Shown here: positions 62,085 through 64,000 of the stretch, piece after piece
How the letters are laid out: every line of letters starts with the position of its first letter
Numbering within the stretch: position 1 is the first letter of the stretch
NCBI GenBank assembly: GCA_963804995.1
Contig: CAWDSK010000001.1
Span: forward strand, 160,001-224,000
Length of the DNA stretch: 64,000 nt
Direction of reading: 5' to 3'
DNA from: an uncultured Acidobacteriota bacterium
GTDB lineage: Bacteria > Acidobacteriota > Terriglobia > UBA7540
The notes under the pieces: model-generated
Databases searched by the model: none
What the model saw: only the letters and a program-made list of their open reading frames with translations
What the model was told of the DNA's origin: nothing
Translations under genes and position numbers: made by a program

Positions 62085-63830
62085 TCAGGCTTCCAGCTTG
62101 AACTTGGTTGAAGCCAGGGTGTAGAGACGGCGCCAGACCAGCCGGTTGATAGTTACCACCATCGCCGCCATGACGGCGGTGGCCGCGAGCAGCACGCGGA
62201 AGTTTCCGGTGTCCGTGGCGTGGCTGATAACCGCGCCAAGGCCTATCGTGGAAAGAGTCTTCCCCTGAAAACGGAAATACTCGGCTACGATGCTGGCATT
62301 CCAAGCGCCTCCGGACGCGGTGATGAGTCCCGTAATCAAGTAAGGAAAGATTCCCGGCAAAAACAAGTTCCGCCAGCGCTCGAAATCGCCCAGCCTGAAG
62401 ACGCCACAGACTTCTTTCAGATCCGTGGGGATGGCGCTCGCCCCAGCAATGACATTGAACAGGATGTACCACTGCGTGCCTAGCAACAAAAGCACCATGG
62501 AGCCGATCCCCATCCCGCCGCCGACCCGAACCAGCGCCAGCAGGACGACTGGGAATAAGGCCGTGGCAGGAACCGACGCTGCTATTTGAGCGAGTGGTTG
62601 GAGGGCGGCGGAAAGTTTCGGTCGCAGTCCAACCAGAATCCCCACGGGTACTGTCCACAATGCCGCCAGCACCAGAGTTGCTTCCACGCGCAGGAATGTC
62701 GCTCCGGCCCCTCGAAGGATTTCCCAAAATTCCGATCGGGAGATCGTCACCAGCATGGCGCTCATCTGTACCGTCGCGTAAACAACAGCTATCAGGACCG
62801 CAACCCCGAGCACGCGCCACGTCAATTTCCGGAGCGGATGACCTTCGGCAGCCTGATCAGACAACACGCTGGCCCGGGCAAAGTAGAGGTTCAGGGCTTC
62901 GCGGGCCGGCCGGATGGACACGCGGGCAGCGAGGGGCAGGATCGTCGAGCGGCGTAACAGATCGAGGACCGGTGAGCGGGGGGGGTCGGCGGACTCGACC
63001 TGCTCGAATTTGAACTTTTCAGCCCAGGCAATCATGGGACGCCAAACAACCTGATCGATCAGGACGATGATCGCTACCATAACCGCCAGCCCCCAGGTGA
63101 TGGCGCGAGTATCGCCCACATTGGCGGCCGTCTGGAGATAAGAACCCAGGCCGGGAAGGCGCAGGTCGCGATTTCCCAGCACGAACATTTCGCACGCCAT
63201 CAGAAAGAACCAGGCGCCGGCGACCGACATGATGGAATTCCAAATGAGTCCAATGGCCGCGTAGGGCAATTCGATTTGCACCAGGCGCTGCCACCAGCTT
63301 AGACGGTAGACTTCAGCCGCTTCCTGCATATCCCGCGGAAGGCTTTTGAGCGAAGAGTAAAAGCTGAAGGTCATGTTCCAAACCTGCCCCGTCAGGATCA
63401 ACACGATGCACCCCAGTTCCACGCCCAATTGGCTGTTGGGGAACAATGCGATCATCGCCACCATGACGGCGGGAAGGAAGCTGAGAACCGGGATGGATTG
63501 CAGGATATCCAGGAGTGGAACCATCAATCGTTCCGCTTTGGCATTGTAGGCGGCGACATATCCATAAACGAGGGCGAAGGCCAAGCTGAGGAAATAGGCA
63601 AGGGTAATGCGAACTACGGAATAGAAGGCATATTTCGGCAAGACCCCGGGAGAGAGCTGAATCTCCGCCAGGGTATTGGCAGGGCCGATTCCGTACCGGG
63701 CAAAGGTGAGCAGGCCATAGAAGAGCGCCAGCCCCGCCACCATAATGGGCAGGTCCCTGAGGAGAGACGGAACTGCCGAGGGAAACACTCCCCAAGGCGG
63801 AACGCCGGTTTTCTGGTTTGGCGATATCAT
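62085..63830 (-). CDS. ABC transporter permease with two TM domains (nitrate/sulfonate/bicarbonate type)
   Basis: DILQSIPVLSF, GGAWNASIVAE. Confidence 0.92.
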   Translation of the reverse strand: MISPNQKTGVPPWGVFPSAVPSLLRDLPIMVAGLALFYGLLTFARYGIGPANTLAEIQLSPGVLPKYAFYSVVRITLAYFLSLAFALVYGYVAAYNAKAERLMVPLLDILQSIPVLSFLPAVMVAMIALFPNSQLGVELGCIVLILTGQVWNMTFSFYSSLKSLPRDMQEAAEVYRLSWWQRLVQIELPYAAIGLIWNSIMSVAGAWFFLMACEMFVLGNRDLRLPGLGSYLQTAANVGDTRAITWGLAVMVAIIVLIDQVVWRPMIAWAEKFKFEQVESADPPRSPVLDLLRRSTILPLAARVSIRPAREALNLYFARASVLSDQAAEGHPLRKLTWRVLGVAVLIAVVYATVQMSAMLVTISRSEFWEILRGAGATFLRVEATLVLAALWTVPVGILVGLRPKLSAALQPLAQIAASVPATALFPVVLLALVRVGGGMGIGSMVLLLLGTQWYILFNVIAGASAIPTDLKEVCGVFRLGDFERWRNLFLPGIFPYLITGLITASGGAWNASIVAEYFRFQGKTLSTIGLGAVISHATDTGNFRVLLAATAVMAAMVVTINRLVWRRLYTLASTKFKLEA

Positions 63831-64000
63831 CCGTGATGCAGGATATCCTCGGGGTGATCTGCCGATTGTCCGTGTTTGTGCATCAGCAGCCGGTCACTGG
63901 CGGAGTCGTAGGTGAAGATCTCGCCATATCGACCCCAGTACAAAGCCGTCTCGATTTGCCGTTGAGCCTCTTCCTCGGAAAAGTGTTCCTCCAGAATGTC
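63827..64000 (-). CDS. 3' end of the cognate ABC ATP-binding protein (partial)
   Basis: Manual translation DILEEHFSEEEAQRQIETALYWGRYGEIFTYD...HHG*; ATGA overlap with the permease. Confidence 0.8.
   Translation of the reverse strand, partial: DILEEHFSEEEAQRQIETALYWGRYGEIFTYDSASDRLLMHKHGQSADHPEDILHHG

Noticed and set aside
62035..62820. 262-aa N-terminal extension of MqnE
   Set aside because: Overlaps the ABC permease in another frame; MqnE similarity begins at ATG 62034, which has its own TTGCAA/TAGAAT promoter-like motif.

Overview
GC-rich bacterial chromosomal segment. Gene content (GWxTD protein, fabZ-lpxA-lpxI-GnnA-like-TonB cluster, PadR pair, futalosine-pathway mqnE) points to Acidobacteriota/Terriglobia; this is inference. 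Housekeeping genes: AhbD-like radical SAM, lipid A genes, phoB/phoR, uvrA, a PDZ-sensor/sigma54 two-component system, a MacAB-type ABC exporter, mtnA, pta, pyrC, rnhB, ffh-rpsP-khpA-rimM-trmD-rplS, an aminopeptidase P, a GT2, mqnE and an ABC transporter. Accessory material: one complete group II intron plus two intron remnants, three VapC/PIN loci (one intact), a streptopain-like protease gene splitting phoB from phoR, a 1.5-kb element with a 5-bp target duplication, and many heptamer arrays and REP/MITE-like palindromes. Most notable: (1) a sigma54-driven 95-aa 'mini-AhbC' that seems to keep only the termini of an AhbC/NirJ radical SAM protein upstream of ahbD; (2) a Pho-box-controlled PHP+PAP2/glycolipid-synthase cluster suggesting phosphate-starvation lipid remodelling; (3) an intron inserted into a REP hairpin; (4) a 21-bp palindrome inserted site-specifically inside larger repeats; (5) a vapBC module bracketed by a synonymously diverged duplicate of the mqnE 3' end. 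Two frameshifts (phoR, GWxTD) share one sequence context and are probably sequencing artefacts. No CRISPR array, tRNA or rRNA was seen.
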